A DNA stretch of 63,672 nt, the filler included. It is 8 parts of 8 records of this genome, joined end to end, with 100 filler letters (N's around TTAATTAATTAA, not from the genome) between each part and the next. Parts side by side here need not be neighbours in the genome. Positions count along the whole stretch, not along the records: positions 6,863 to 13,114 come from SRR31156797_23199; positions 13,215 to 29,981 come from SRR31156797_23220; 6 more parts are not named here. The stretch is one strand, 5' to 3'. Both the position numbers and the translations under genes were made by a program. Below are positions 9,284 through 19,073 of the stretch, piece by piece. Every line of letters begins with the position of its first letter. The first letter of the stretch is position 1. The notes below the pieces were generated by a model that was not told where the DNA came from, did no database searches, and saw only the letters and a list, made by a program, of their open reading frames with translations.

Positions 9284-12200
9284 ATGCCCCAAACTGATTT
9301 ATTTGAATTAGATACAAAGCTTGATGAAGAAAGAACAAAAAGTAAAAAGTTTGAAGTAAAATTTACAAAGTTTAAAAGTAAATCTGCATTAAATAAAACC
9401 ATTACTGAAGATGGTAAAAAGTATTCTAATGCATATTTCTCAAATGGAAATTTCTCTACTATAAAAATTAAAAACCTCCTAGAATTAAAAAAGAGTTTAC
9501 TTAAATTAACAAAATATGAAGCAATTGGATTAGGTGTACATAAAGATAAATTAAAAGGTGAAATCACACCAAAATCAAGAAGTAAAGAACTTGCAAGAAG
9601 TAAAGAAAACTTCAAATGGAATGATGAATTTAACCTTGTTATGCTTGATTATGATTACTTTGAAGGCATTACTGAAATAAATACAGCTCAAGAGTATAAA
9701 ACAGTGCTTGAAGAGATTGAACCCTCTTTAAAAAATACTCAAATGATGATATCAAAATCAACCTCATCACTAGTAGTAAATAAACAAACAAAGGAAACAC
9801 TTTATAAAAAAGGTGGATATCACTGTTACTTAATAATTAAAGGTAGTGTAGAAAGATTTAAAGAACTACTTTGGCGAAGTTGTTGGGTAAAAGGACATGG
9901 AGCTGTTAAATATGCAGCTGATGGAAGTATATTATTACGAACTATTTTCGATGCAGCAGTTTTATCTCCAGAAAGATTAGTATTTGAAGCAATACCTAAT
10001 ATTGAAGGTAATAATCTTGCTATCTTACCTAGAGATATCAAAGTCTTTAATCCTAAAGGCACATACTTAAATGTTGATGATATGGAATCTAACATTGGTG
10101 AAGGTCTTAGAATTGAAGCTGAAGCTAAACATGAGGCTAAATCTACTTCTTTAAAACTAAAAGAGCTTTATGTTCAAAAACACGCAAAAGAATTATCTAA
10201 ATCTACTAATATTTCTTATGAAATAGCTAAAAAAATCATTGAAGCAAAAACAGGAAGTTCTGGAGTAATTTATGAAGATGATTTAATATATTTTCCAAAT
10301 GGTGAATCTATACTTGCAAGAGATTTAACTATTGAGCATGATGGACAATATATTCTTGACCCTGTTGAACCAGATGAAGCTAATGCTGTTGTTAATATTA
10401 GTTTCAATGGTACTAAGACTGTTCACTCTTTTTTACATGGTGGTAAAACATTTGAAATAATTCCTGCTGATTTAGATATTAAGTTACCTATTAGCAAAGA
10501 AGCAAAAGAAATAGCTCAAAGTTTCTTGAAAGATGTATGGAATGGTCTTTTTGAATATGGTTACTCTGAAAAAATGTATGAGAACTGGGAAACTATGTTC
10601 CAATCTTATATTGAAGCATCAAAACCAAACTTTAACACAATGCATATTATTAGTGTATCAGCAGGTGCAGCAAAAACAACATCATTAGCACACTATATAA
10701 AAACTATGTTAGTTAAGACAAAAGGAAAATTCACTTCTTTAGTAGTAGTTAACACTATTCAAAATGGTATTGATTTTAAAAACTTTCTAAATGAACTTAT
10801 TGACAAGGATGATAAAGATAATTTACTTCCTAGACCTAAGATTATGTTTGCAAAGGATAAAGAAGTTTTAGAAGATGAAGAAGGTAATAAAATAGAGTAT
10901 ACAAGTGATGTAAATCATAAAACTTGTAATCAAGCAGAAATCTTAATCATTACTCATGCTAGATTAAGAAAAGCAGTTATCTCTGGACAAACTGAACACT
11001 TAATGACTCATAACTCTCAAGAAAGTTTATTAGCTGAAAATAGAGATTTATTTGCAGTGGATGAAGCTATTGACTTTGAAGAAAAAGCACTTATTAAACA
11101 AGCTCAATCATATCTTGTTATTGGTGCATTGCAAAGTTTAAAAACATTCTATAAACAAAATGAAATGAAAGAAAAACTTTCAAAATTAATTGCTGTAATC
11201 ACTAAATTTACAGACTTTTGCGAAAGAGCTACTGAAGAACAAAATAAAACAAAGATTCACAACTCTCAAAATGTATTTGGTGAAGGAACTGATCTTGATA
11301 TATGTTTTGATAGAGAATTCATTGATGTAATATGTGAAAATGCTCAAATTACTAATGTTAATTTAGAAAGCTACTTTGTGGACCTATCAATTTTAGTAAG
11401 GTCTAATTTCTTCCATATAGATTCAGGAGGAGAAGGAATTGTAATTAGTTCTAATGTTGATAGAATTCCTTCTTCAAAAGGATTTGTAGTATTAGATGCA
11501 TCAGCTGCTATTAATCATGAATATATGCATTACATTAATAAACAAAAAGCACAAAGATTAAGAGTTCACCTGGATGCAAAGAGATATGATGAAGTAACTA
11601 TATATGCATCTGAAGAAAATGAAGGTGTTGGAAAAGTTGATGTTCCAGGATATATGATTAAACCAGACACTGCAAAAAACTCTAAAGCAAAGATTGACAA
11701 AGACAAAGTAAATGAAATAGAGAACTTTAAAAAGTTCATTCAAGAAGAGATATTAAGTAAAACTACTAAAGAAGATAAAATATTAATTATTGCAAATAAA
11801 TCTTTAGATGAGTACTTCAGAACTCATCTTATTTTAGATAGAACTTTTTATTGTGAGCATTGGGGTAATTTAACAGGTCGTAATGACTTAAAGAAGTGCA
11901 ATAAAGTATTTTGCCTTACCCTACCCTACAAACCTAATCATTTCTATTATTCTAAAGCTTATAAGCATAATAAAGTTGAAGATTTAAGAGAAGTGTATAA
12001 GTTTCGAGTATCTTTACTTTTAGATGAGGTTTATCAAGCTTTATTAAGAGCTAATTTAAGAACAAATGACCCTATTACAAAAAATGCTCCTAAGTGTGAT
12101 ATTTATATTAGAACTTCTGTAAAAAGAAATCTAGCAGGAGATTGTCAAAAGATTATCAATACTTTAGAAAAAATGCTTATTGGGGCTAAAATTAGTAGAT

Positions 12201-12547
12201 GGTCGTTTGCAAACAATGAAAATGATGAACAATACTCTAAACTTCCAGATGCAGCTTATGAAATGAGGGATGTTCTTATTGAGTGGTCAAATTCTAATCC
12301 TCATGATTCTGTTTTAGAGTACTCTACTTTAAGTAAAATGAGAAATGATGTATTTGATACAGGTGGTCGTAAAATTAGAAGATATAAGAGTACTTATTTA
12401 GCTGAGAATGTAACTATTGTTGATTGGTTAGAATCTCAAACAAATTTAAAATTTCTAGGTGGAAATGAATCTAAATCTTATTTAGAAGAACATTTTGACA
12501 TTAAATTTAAAGGTAAAGGTGTAACTTGTTTTTGTAGAGTTAATTAA
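9284..12547 (+). CDS. Putative replication protein: AEP primase-polymerase fused to a divergent SF2 helicase
   Basis: AEP motifs MLDYD, KGGYHCYL, IFDAAV; helicase motifs AGAAKTT, LVVVNTI, IITHARL, AVDEA, VLDASA, HWGNLTGRND, YQALLRANLR. Confidence 0.75.
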   Translation: MPQTDLFELDTKLDEERTKSKKFEVKFTKFKSKSALNKTITEDGKKYSNAYFSNGNFSTIKIKNLLELKKSLLKLTKYEAIGLGVHKDKLKGEITPKSRSKELARSKENFKWNDEFNLVMLDYDYFEGITEINTAQEYKTVLEEIEPSLKNTQMMISKSTSSLVVNKQTKETLYKKGGYHCYLIIKGSVERFKELLWRSCWVKGHGAVKYAADGSILLRTIFDAAVLSPERLVFEAIPNIEGNNLAILPRDIKVFNPKGTYLNVDDMESNIGEGLRIEAEAKHEAKSTSLKLKELYVQKHAKELSKSTNISYEIAKKIIEAKTGSSGVIYEDDLIYFPNGESILARDLTIEHDGQYILDPVEPDEANAVVNISFNGTKTVHSFLHGGKTFEIIPADLDIKLPISKEAKEIAQSFLKDVWNGLFEYGYSEKMYENWETMFQSYIEASKPNFNTMHIISVSAGAAKTTSLAHYIKTMLVKTKGKFTSLVVVNTIQNGIDFKNFLNELIDKDDKDNLLPRPKIMFAKDKEVLEDEEGNKIEYTSDVNHKTCNQAEILIITHARLRKAVISGQTEHLMTHNSQESLLAENRDLFAVDEAIDFEEKALIKQAQSYLVIGALQSLKTFYKQNEMKEKLSKLIAVITKFTDFCERATEEQNKTKIHNSQNVFGEGTDLDICFDREFIDVICENAQITNVNLESYFVDLSILVRSNFFHIDSGGEGIVISSNVDRIPSSKGFVVLDASAAINHEYMHYINKQKAQRLRVHLDAKRYDEVTIYASEENEGVGKVDVPGYMIKPDTAKNSKAKIDKDKVNEIENFKKFIQEEILSKTTKEDKILIIANKSLDEYFRTHLILDRTFYCEHWGNLTGRNDLKKCNKVFCLTLPYKPNHFYYSKAYKHNKVEDLREVYKFRVSLLLDEVYQALLRANLRTNDPITKNAPKCDIYIRTSVKRNLAGDCQKIINTLEKMLIGAKISRWSFANNENDEQYSKLPDAAYEMRDVLIEWSNSNPHDSVLEYSTLSKMRNDVFDTGGRKIRRYKSTYLAENVTIVDWLESQTNLKFLGGNESKSYLEEHFDIKFKGKGVTCFCRVN

Positions 12548-12577
12548 TTAACCTACAAGAACTAAGTAATATCCTTA

Positions 12578-13028
12578 TAGACTAAATGTCTAACAACTGA
12601 TATTTAAGTTCTAATTTATTTAGAAAAAAAGAAAAACTCTTTATATATTAGACATTATGACCGACAACTCTTTTTTAAGTAATTTATAAGAGATAACAAA
12701 AAAATCAATAAATTTTAAACAAGTAAAAAAAACTTAATATATAAGGCTTAATGTCTGACAACTTGAGTTTAAGTTAACTTTTATTTTACATGAATCAAAA
12801 GAAACTAATATGTATTATAAACTTTTAAAAAAGAGTTCAATAAGTAATCTCTTTAGACTTAGTGTCTGACAACTATACTTTAAAGTTAATTTAAGTTATA
12901 AGCATAAAATTTAACAATGCTCTATTAGGCTTAATGTCTGACAACTTGAGTTTAAGCTAACATTTATTTTACATATATTCTTATAGTTTTACTAGTATAG
13001 AGTTTATGTCCAACAACTTGAATTTAAG
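12578..13028 (+). repeat. Six imperfect 31-bp direct repeats, iteron-like putative origin
   Basis: Starts 12578, 12649, 12743, 12854, 12926, 12998; consensus TAGRCTTAATGTCYRACAACT-N4-TTTAAG. Confidence 0.85.
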
Positions 13029-13114
13029 TAGTTTATAAAATAAAAAAAATAAGCATTTCTTTTTCTTTTAAATTCAGAAAAAACTAAGATTACTACTAAG
13101 ATGTCCTTAGAATA

Positions 13115-13214
13115 NNNNNNNNNNNNNNNNNNNNNNNNNNNNNNNNNNNNNNNNNNNNTTAATTAATTAANNNNNNNNNNNNNNNNNNNNNNNNNNNNNN
13201 NNNNNNNNNNNNNN
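13115..13214. other. Artificial contig spacer
   Basis: N44-TTAATTAATTAA-N44. Confidence 0.99.
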
Positions 13215-13304
13215 GCTTATTGCTGCAAGCAATAAGCTAAGTCTGGCCCCTGGGTGCTTGGACGTAAGTCTGACCCCTTTGGGTTTGGGCGTAAGTCCGC
13301 CCCC
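13215..13304. repeat. Hairpin plus three REP-like repeats at 27-bp period
   Basis: GCTTATTGCT-GCA-AGCAATAAGC, then TAAGTCTGGCCCC (13238), TAAGTCTGACCCC (13265), TAAGTCCGCCCCC (13292). Confidence 0.7.
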
Positions 13305-13309
13305 CTTGC

Positions 13310-14608
13310 TTAATCGGGCAACAGATCATAAAAGTAGAGCATGGCATCCGACCGGGTCACGATCCCAATGATCCTGCCGTCTTCCATGACCGGTATCCGG
13401 CCGATGTCGTGCTTGATCATCAACCTTGCCGCATCGATGGCGCCCCTGTCCGGGGTGATGGTGACCACATCCCGGCTCATGAAGGCCTTGACCGGGGACT
13501 GCATGTGGTTCGCCTTTCGGATTTTCTTGAAATCCCGCCGGGAAATCACCCCGATGAGCTTGTCATCGTCGTCCACCACGGGCAGCCCCGTGCATCCGAG
13601 ATCCCGCAGGATCATGGCGACCTCCTCCACCGGGGTGGCATGGTTCACCGTGGTGACGGGATAGGACATGATGTCGCTGAGCATGACCGAGGTATGCTGG
13701 TTCCCCTTGATCATCTCCTCGATCATCTCCTCGATGACCTCGGGATTGGTCTTTTTCAGCAGGGCCGAGCCCGCGCCCGGGTGTCCGCCGCCCCCCATGC
13801 TCCGCATGATGACCCCCATGTTGAGCTCATCCACGTTGCTTCTGCCGATCACCATGCACCGGTCCCGGCTGGCATCCCTGAAGATGCCGAAGGCGGCATC
13901 CACATTGACGATCTCCCGGTACATCTGGACCACCATGGAGAGGTTCTGGACATGGCCGTCCACCTCCATCGTGCTGATACTCACGCTGAAGCTGGAGATC
14001 TCCCTTCGCTCGGCGTTCTGGATCATCTCGAACAATATGGTCTTCTGCTTCCTGCCGTAGGCCTGGCGCAAAAAGGTCGACAGGATGTTCAGGTCCGCCT
14101 TTCTTTCCAGAAGATAGGCGGCGGCCCGGGCATCTTCGGCAAGGGTGGAGGGAAAACTCAGGTTTCCCGTGTCCTCGTAAAGCCCCATCAGAAAAAGGGT
14201 GGCCTGGATGGGCGTAAGGATCTTCCGCTGCCTTGAAAGCTCCCGGATCATGAGGGTGATGTTGGACCCCATCTCCTCCCGGACCTCCTCGTCCGGCTCA
14301 ATATCCCCCTTGACATGGTGGTCCCACAGGATGACGTTCAGATCATCCCGTTGCCTGAGCACCTCCATCCCCTCCAGCCGTGACCAGGAGTTGGTGTCCA
14401 CCACGATGAGGGTGTCCACATCGTCAAGCTCGATCTCCTTTACCGTGTAGAAATCAAACAGATCCTTGTGGATGGAAAGGAACGCCTTGAGATTGGGATT
14501 GATGGACATGGGCAGCACGGGCCGCGCCCCGGGATAAATCAATGTGGCAGCCACCAGGGAAGCCAGTCCATCAAAATCGGTTCCCTTGTGGGTCGTTACG
14601 ATCTTCAT
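13310..14608 (-). CDS. DHH/DHHA1 phosphoesterase with C-terminal CBS pair
   Basis: HKGTDFDG, VVDT, WDHH, YEDTG, GGGGHPGA, tandem CBS domains. Confidence 0.92.
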   Translation of the reverse strand: MKIVTTHKGTDFDGLASLVAATLIYPGARPVLPMSINPNLKAFLSIHKDLFDFYTVKEIELDDVDTLIVVDTNSWSRLEGMEVLRQRDDLNVILWDHHVKGDIEPDEEVREEMGSNITLMIRELSRQRKILTPIQATLFLMGLYEDTGNLSFPSTLAEDARAAAYLLERKADLNILSTFLRQAYGRKQKTILFEMIQNAERREISSFSVSISTMEVDGHVQNLSMVVQMYREIVNVDAAFGIFRDASRDRCMVIGRSNVDELNMGVIMRSMGGGGHPGAGSALLKKTNPEVIEEMIEEMIKGNQHTSVMLSDIMSYPVTTVNHATPVEEVAMILRDLGCTGLPVVDDDDKLIGVISRRDFKKIRKANHMQSPVKAFMSRDVVTITPDRGAIDAARLMIKHDIGRIPVMEDGRIIGIVTRSDAMLYFYDLLPD

Positions 14609-15432
14609 TTTCCTTCGTTCTCCTCCTCGTCATCGATAACAGGTTCCACATAGTCCAGCATTTTGTGCTCTGTTCCGTCGTCGTATCCAAGTGCATTCAC
14701 CGCTTTTTCTGCCGCAACACGCTTGTACTCGAGCTGAAGCTCATATTTCCGGATCTCGGCCTGGGCCTCCATGCTCTTCTGGGCAAGCTTGTACTTCATA
14801 TACATGAACCAGGCAAACAGGGAGAAGACGGCAATCACCAGGCCCAGGAAAAACCATTTGAAATCAACGATGGTTTCCATGCCGGCCCGGGCAATGAAGG
14901 TGATGAGGTTCGGCAGGACCCAGTAGAGGAACACCGCGGCAAAGACCAGGAACCCGATGATGAAAATGTTGAACCGGCTGATGCGAAAAAAGAGGTTGTC
15001 GACCTTGCTTCCGTCGCCCTCCGGGATCTCGCCCGACCCCTTATTGGGCGCGTCGTCCCCCCGGATAAAGGTCATCACCGCCTTCAGTATGAATCCGAGA
15101 AGCAGCACCAGTCCCACGGGAATCCCCACCGCTGCCGAGAACCACGCCCTGAACGGAAAGGGAATATCCTTGGAAACAAGCTTCACCTTGTAATTTTCAA
15201 GGGGCCCGAAGGTGTTTTCAAAATAATATTTATTAAAATTGGTCATGGTTGATCCCTTGACTTCGTAAACGACCTCATTGGAATCATTCATCACCTGCAT
15301 ATATGATTGATGCCCCGACCGCATGGTGGCAAGGACAAAAACTTCAAGTTCCACAACAAAAAAGGCAACTACGATAATCACCAGCAGCAGCTTGTGCTCC
15401 CGGAGATGGTCTGACCAGCTTTTAACACCCAT
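14605..15432 (-). CDS. Membrane protein of unknown function
   Basis: About four TM segments; stop overlaps start of the DHH-CBS gene. Confidence 0.8.
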   Translation of the reverse strand: MGVKSWSDHLREHKLLLVIIVVAFFVVELEVFVLATMRSGHQSYMQVMNDSNEVVYEVKGSTMTNFNKYYFENTFGPLENYKVKLVSKDIPFPFRAWFSAAVGIPVGLVLLLGFILKAVMTFIRGDDAPNKGSGEIPEGDGSKVDNLFFRISRFNIFIIGFLVFAAVFLYWVLPNLITFIARAGMETIVDFKWFFLGLVIAVFSLFAWFMYMKYKLAQKSMEAQAEIRKYELQLEYKRVAAEKAVNALGYDDGTEHKMLDYVEPVIDDEEENEGK

Positions 15433-15648
15433 TGACTATTCTTTTCCCCTTATATAAATTAGGTAAAATTCCAATTTAAAAAAACCATAGCAGTATAATC
15501 ATTGTTGTTTGAAACATCAATATTTTAATTAAACCTGGACGTTTATCCCCCCGGAACGGGATCCAGGCATCAAACCGCCACCATATTTTGGGTTTACCTT
15601 AAGCCTTAAATATTATATGAACAGCCTTTTGAATTAAGAATCAGGAGC

Positions 15649-16212
15649 TTGAAACGTATGGACAAACTGATCATCAGCGTCCTTGGAAAGGACAGGCCGG
15701 GAATCATCGCGGCAATCTCAAAAAGCCTCTACAATTTAGACTGCAACCTTGAAAACGTCAACCAGGTGATCCTCCAGAACCAGTTTGCCGGGATCTTCAT
15801 CGTACTCCCCCCAAAGGATCTCAGCATCGAGACCGTCAAGCAGACCCTTGTGGAGGACTCCGCCGGCAGCGGCCTTCACATCCATGTGGATGTGGCGGAC
15901 ACGGACCAGACCGGCCCCCAGGCCGGTGACGGCGAGGATTTCGTGATCACCACCATCGGCCCCGACCAGAAGGGCCTTGTGGCAAGGTTCACAAAAATCA
16001 TTTCCGACGCCAATGTCAACGTCACCAACCTTCGGGCGGTGTTCGAAGGCGGCGACACCCCGGAAGCCAACGTCATGGTCTACGAGGTCTACATCACGCC
16101 GGAAACGGACCAGAAGGCGCTCTTTTCCGCCCTCAAGGAGAAAGCCGCCGAGCTGGGCCTCGAGATCAGCATCCAGCACAAGAACATCTTCCAAGCCATC
16201 AACAAAATTTAG
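15649..16212 (+). CDS. Tandem ACT-domain protein (GcvR-like)
   Basis: ISVLGKDRPGII and ITTIGPDQKGLV; C-terminal QHKNIFQAINKI; partner of downstream DUF711 gene. Confidence 0.9.
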   Translation: MKRMDKLIISVLGKDRPGIIAAISKSLYNLDCNLENVNQVILQNQFAGIFIVLPPKDLSIETVKQTLVEDSAGSGLHIHVDVADTDQTGPQAGDGEDFVITTIGPDQKGLVARFTKIISDANVNVTNLRAVFEGGDTPEANVMVYEVYITPETDQKALFSALKEKAAELGLEISIQHKNIFQAINKI

Positions 16213-16227
16213 GACGGGATACGAGCC

Positions 16228-17601
16228 ATGTTTAACGAAAAAGAAATTCTTTCCACCATTGAAATGGTAAGAAGCGAACACCTGGATGTCCGGGCGGTCA
16301 CCCTCGGCATCAACCTGTTTGATTGTGTCAGCCACGATCTCAAGGTGTTCAAGCAGAAGATCAGGGAAAAAATCGTCTCCAAGGCCGAAAACCTTGTGTC
16401 CGTCTGCGACACGGTGGGCGAGAAATACGGCATCGAGGTGGTCAACAAGCGAATTTCCACAAGCCCCATCGCCCTGGTGGGCGCCCCGTTCAACGCCGAC
16501 CAGATGGTGGAGATCGCCCATTGCCTCAACGACATTGCCAAAGAGGTGAACATCGATTTCATGGGTGGCTTTTCCGCCCTGGTGGAAAAAGGCATCGCCC
16601 CCGGTGACCGGGCCCTCATGGAAGCCCTGCCCCGGGCCCTTGCCGAGACCCAGCGCATCTGCGCCTCGGTGAACGTCGCCACCACAAGGAGCGGCATCAA
16701 CATGGACGCCGTCCTTGACATGTCCAGGGCCATCAAGAAGGCCGCCGCCATCACCGCCGACGATGACGGCCTTGCCTGCGCAAAGCTGTGCGTATTCGCC
16801 AACATTCCCCAGGACATGCCCTTCATGGCGGGCGCCTACCTCGGCGTCGGCGTGGCGGATTCCGTGATCAACGTGGGCGTCAGCGGCCCGGGCGTGGTCA
16901 AGAGCGCCATTGAGCGGGCCATCGAAGCAACCCCGGACATGACCCTGGGCAAGATCGCAGAGGTCATCAAGAACACCGCCTGCAAGGTGACCCGCGTGGG
17001 CGAACTCATCGGCCGTGAGGTTGCGGACAACCTCGACACCCGTTTCGGCGTCGTGGACCTCTCCCTTGCCCCCACCCCCACGGTGGGCGACAGCATCGGT
17101 GAGATCTTCCAGGCCCTGGGACTGACCAGCATCGGCGTACCCGGCTCAACCGCCGCCCTTGCCATGCTCAACGACGCCGTCAAAAAAGGCGGTGCCTTTG
17201 CAAGCTCCCACGTGGGCGGCCTGAGCGGCGCTTTCATCCCCGTGAGCGAGGATCTCAACATTGCGGAAGCCGCGGATAAAGGTTATCTCTCCATCGAGAA
17301 ACTCGAGGCCATGACCTGTGTCTGCTCCGTCGGACTCGACATGGTGCCCATCCCCGGCGACATCTCCGAAGAGACCCTGGCCGGCATCATTGCCGACGAG
17401 ATGGCCATCGGCATGATCAACAACAAGACCACGGCCACCCGTCTCATCCCGGTTCCCGGCAAAAAAGCCGGCGAGAGCGTCTTCTTCGGCGGGCTCCTGG
17501 GCGAGGCCAAGATCATGGACGTGCCCCACGCAACCATTACGGACTCATTTGTGACCCACGGCGGCCGCATCCCGGCTCCCATCCACAGCATGAAGAATTA
17601 A
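16228..17601 (+). CDS. PFL-like / DUF711 (UPF0210) family protein
   Basis: LDVRAVTLGINL, PFMAGAY, GVSGPGVV, VGGLSGAFIPVSED, GGRIPAPIHS. Confidence 0.95.
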   Translation: MFNEKEILSTIEMVRSEHLDVRAVTLGINLFDCVSHDLKVFKQKIREKIVSKAENLVSVCDTVGEKYGIEVVNKRISTSPIALVGAPFNADQMVEIAHCLNDIAKEVNIDFMGGFSALVEKGIAPGDRALMEALPRALAETQRICASVNVATTRSGINMDAVLDMSRAIKKAAAITADDDGLACAKLCVFANIPQDMPFMAGAYLGVGVADSVINVGVSGPGVVKSAIERAIEATPDMTLGKIAEVIKNTACKVTRVGELIGREVADNLDTRFGVVDLSLAPTPTVGDSIGEIFQALGLTSIGVPGSTAALAMLNDAVKKGGAFASSHVGGLSGAFIPVSEDLNIAEAADKGYLSIEKLEAMTCVCSVGLDMVPIPGDISEETLAGIIADEMAIGMINNKTTATRLIPVPGKKAGESVFFGGLLGEAKIMDVPHATITDSFVTHGGRIPAPIHSMKN

Positions 17602-17604
17602 TGG

Positions 17605-18780
17605 TTGCAAAGCAGTAACGTGGATAAAAAACTCAACCTCAAGATAGTTGCGGCCCTCACCCTGGTCCATTTTACAGGCGACTTCTACAGTTCATTCACC
17701 AGCCCGTTGCTTCCGGTCTACGTGGACAAACTTGCCCTGTCAATGGCCCAGGTGGGGCTCCTCACCGGCGTGATACGGCTCCTGGCCTTTGTGGTCCAGC
17801 CCTGTGTGGGATACCTGGCCGACCGTTACCAGACCCGGGGGTTCATCCTCTGGGGCCTGTTCCTGACGGTCACCTGCATCCCCTTTTCAGGCATCGCCCC
17901 CAACTTTATGCTGCTGCTCCTGGCCCTGGCCGCCGGATCAATAGGGTCGTCCATGTTCCACCCGTCGGTGACGGGCATGCTCCCCCTCTACTCCGGTTCC
18001 AGACAGGGGTTGTGCATGTCCATCTTCAACACGGGCGGCACCTTTTCCTTTGCCATCGGCCCGGTCTTCATCTCCTGGTACGTGGGACGCTTCGGCCTGG
18101 AAGCCATGCCCTACACCATTGTGTTCGGATTTCTCAGCGTCCTCCTCTGCCTCAAGGCCATCCCCATGCCCGTGAGCGAGGGCTTCAAGAACTCAGGCTT
18201 CTGGGGCTCCCTCAAGGAGACCCTCGGGGACGTGTGGAAACCCATTGCCATGATCTGGATCGTCATGGTGCTCAGGGCCGTCGCAGGACAGTCCTTCATC
18301 ACCTTCATGCCGGTCCACCTGGCAAAGATCGGCCACAACCTCATCTCCGTGGGATTCATCGTCTCCCTGTTCATCCTGGCCGGCACCATGAGCGGCCTGA
18401 TCTCGGGCGCCCTGTCGGACAAGATCGGGTTCAAGCGCATCTTCACCGTCACCCATCTTCTCATGACCCCGGCCCTGCTGCTCTACCTCCATCTTCCGGG
18501 CTCCTGGGTCTACCTGGGCGCATTCCTCGCCGGTTTCTTCGCCCTTGCAACCATGCCCCTGGGCGTTCTCATGGCCCAGCGCCTTGCCCCCAAGGGAAGA
18601 TCCATGGTCTCCAGCCTCATGATGGGACTTGCCTACGGCCTGGGCGGCCTGGTCTCCCCCCTGGTGGGAAAGCTGGCCGACATCTACTCCATCGAGACCG
18701 TGCTGTTCTGGACCGCCTTTGTGCCCCTGATCACCCTGATCCCCATCATCAATTTTCCCAGGGTCGGCAAGGACGCCTGA
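17605..18780 (+). CDS. MFS transporter (Fsr-like)
   Basis: HFTGDFY, QPCVGYLADR, SSMFHP; about 12 TM helices. Confidence 0.92.
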   Translation: MQSSNVDKKLNLKIVAALTLVHFTGDFYSSFTSPLLPVYVDKLALSMAQVGLLTGVIRLLAFVVQPCVGYLADRYQTRGFILWGLFLTVTCIPFSGIAPNFMLLLLALAAGSIGSSMFHPSVTGMLPLYSGSRQGLCMSIFNTGGTFSFAIGPVFISWYVGRFGLEAMPYTIVFGFLSVLLCLKAIPMPVSEGFKNSGFWGSLKETLGDVWKPIAMIWIVMVLRAVAGQSFITFMPVHLAKIGHNLISVGFIVSLFILAGTMSGLISGALSDKIGFKRIFTVTHLLMTPALLLYLHLPGSWVYLGAFLAGFFALATMPLGVLMAQRLAPKGRSMVSSLMMGLAYGLGGLVSPLVGKLADIYSIETVLFWTAFVPLITLIPIINFPRVGKDA

Positions 18781-18839
18781 TTCCTTGGGTTTTGGGCAAC
18801 CTTCAAAGCTTTGTATTAAAAAAAACAAGATCATTTCGA

Positions 18840-18869
18840 AAAATCCCCCGACCCATTCCGGGGGATTTT
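18840..18869 (+). terminator. Intrinsic terminator after the MFS gene
   Basis: AAAATCCCCCG-N8-CGGGGGATTTT followed by GTTT. Confidence 0.7.
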
Positions 18870-19013
18870 GTTTGGATCATTTTGGAGTTATCCGGAAATC
18901 TATTTATCAATCAAAATGGAATAACAACCTGGTAGTAAACACAGTTTACAGCTCTACAATGAGTTGCCAAACCAGGTCATTTTTGATACCGAAAGAGCAT
19001 TATCCGACAAACG
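18852..19013 (+). repeat. Dispersed leader element, copy 1
   Basis: Collinear with 27711-27891; shared blocks CCCATTCCGGGG, GGATCATTTTGGA, TTATCCGGAA, AATGGAAT, CAAACCA, GTCATTTTT, ATACCGAA, TTATCCGACAAACG. Confidence 0.85.
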
Positions 19014-19073
19014 GGAAGAGACAGGAAAAGACTGTTCAACATTTTGTTGAGCAAGAATTAACACTAAAGAAAA

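Noticed and set aside
12540-12551. TTAATTAATTAA at the end of the rep gene, identical to the spacer core
   Set aside because: It lacks the N44 flanks of all seven real spacers, and composition is equally AT-rich on both sides; treated as natural, though read support should be checked
12578-13028. CRISPR array
   Set aside because: Repeats are degenerate throughout, spacing is irregular (71-111 bp), sequence after copies 3 and 5 is nearly identical, and no cas gene is on the contig
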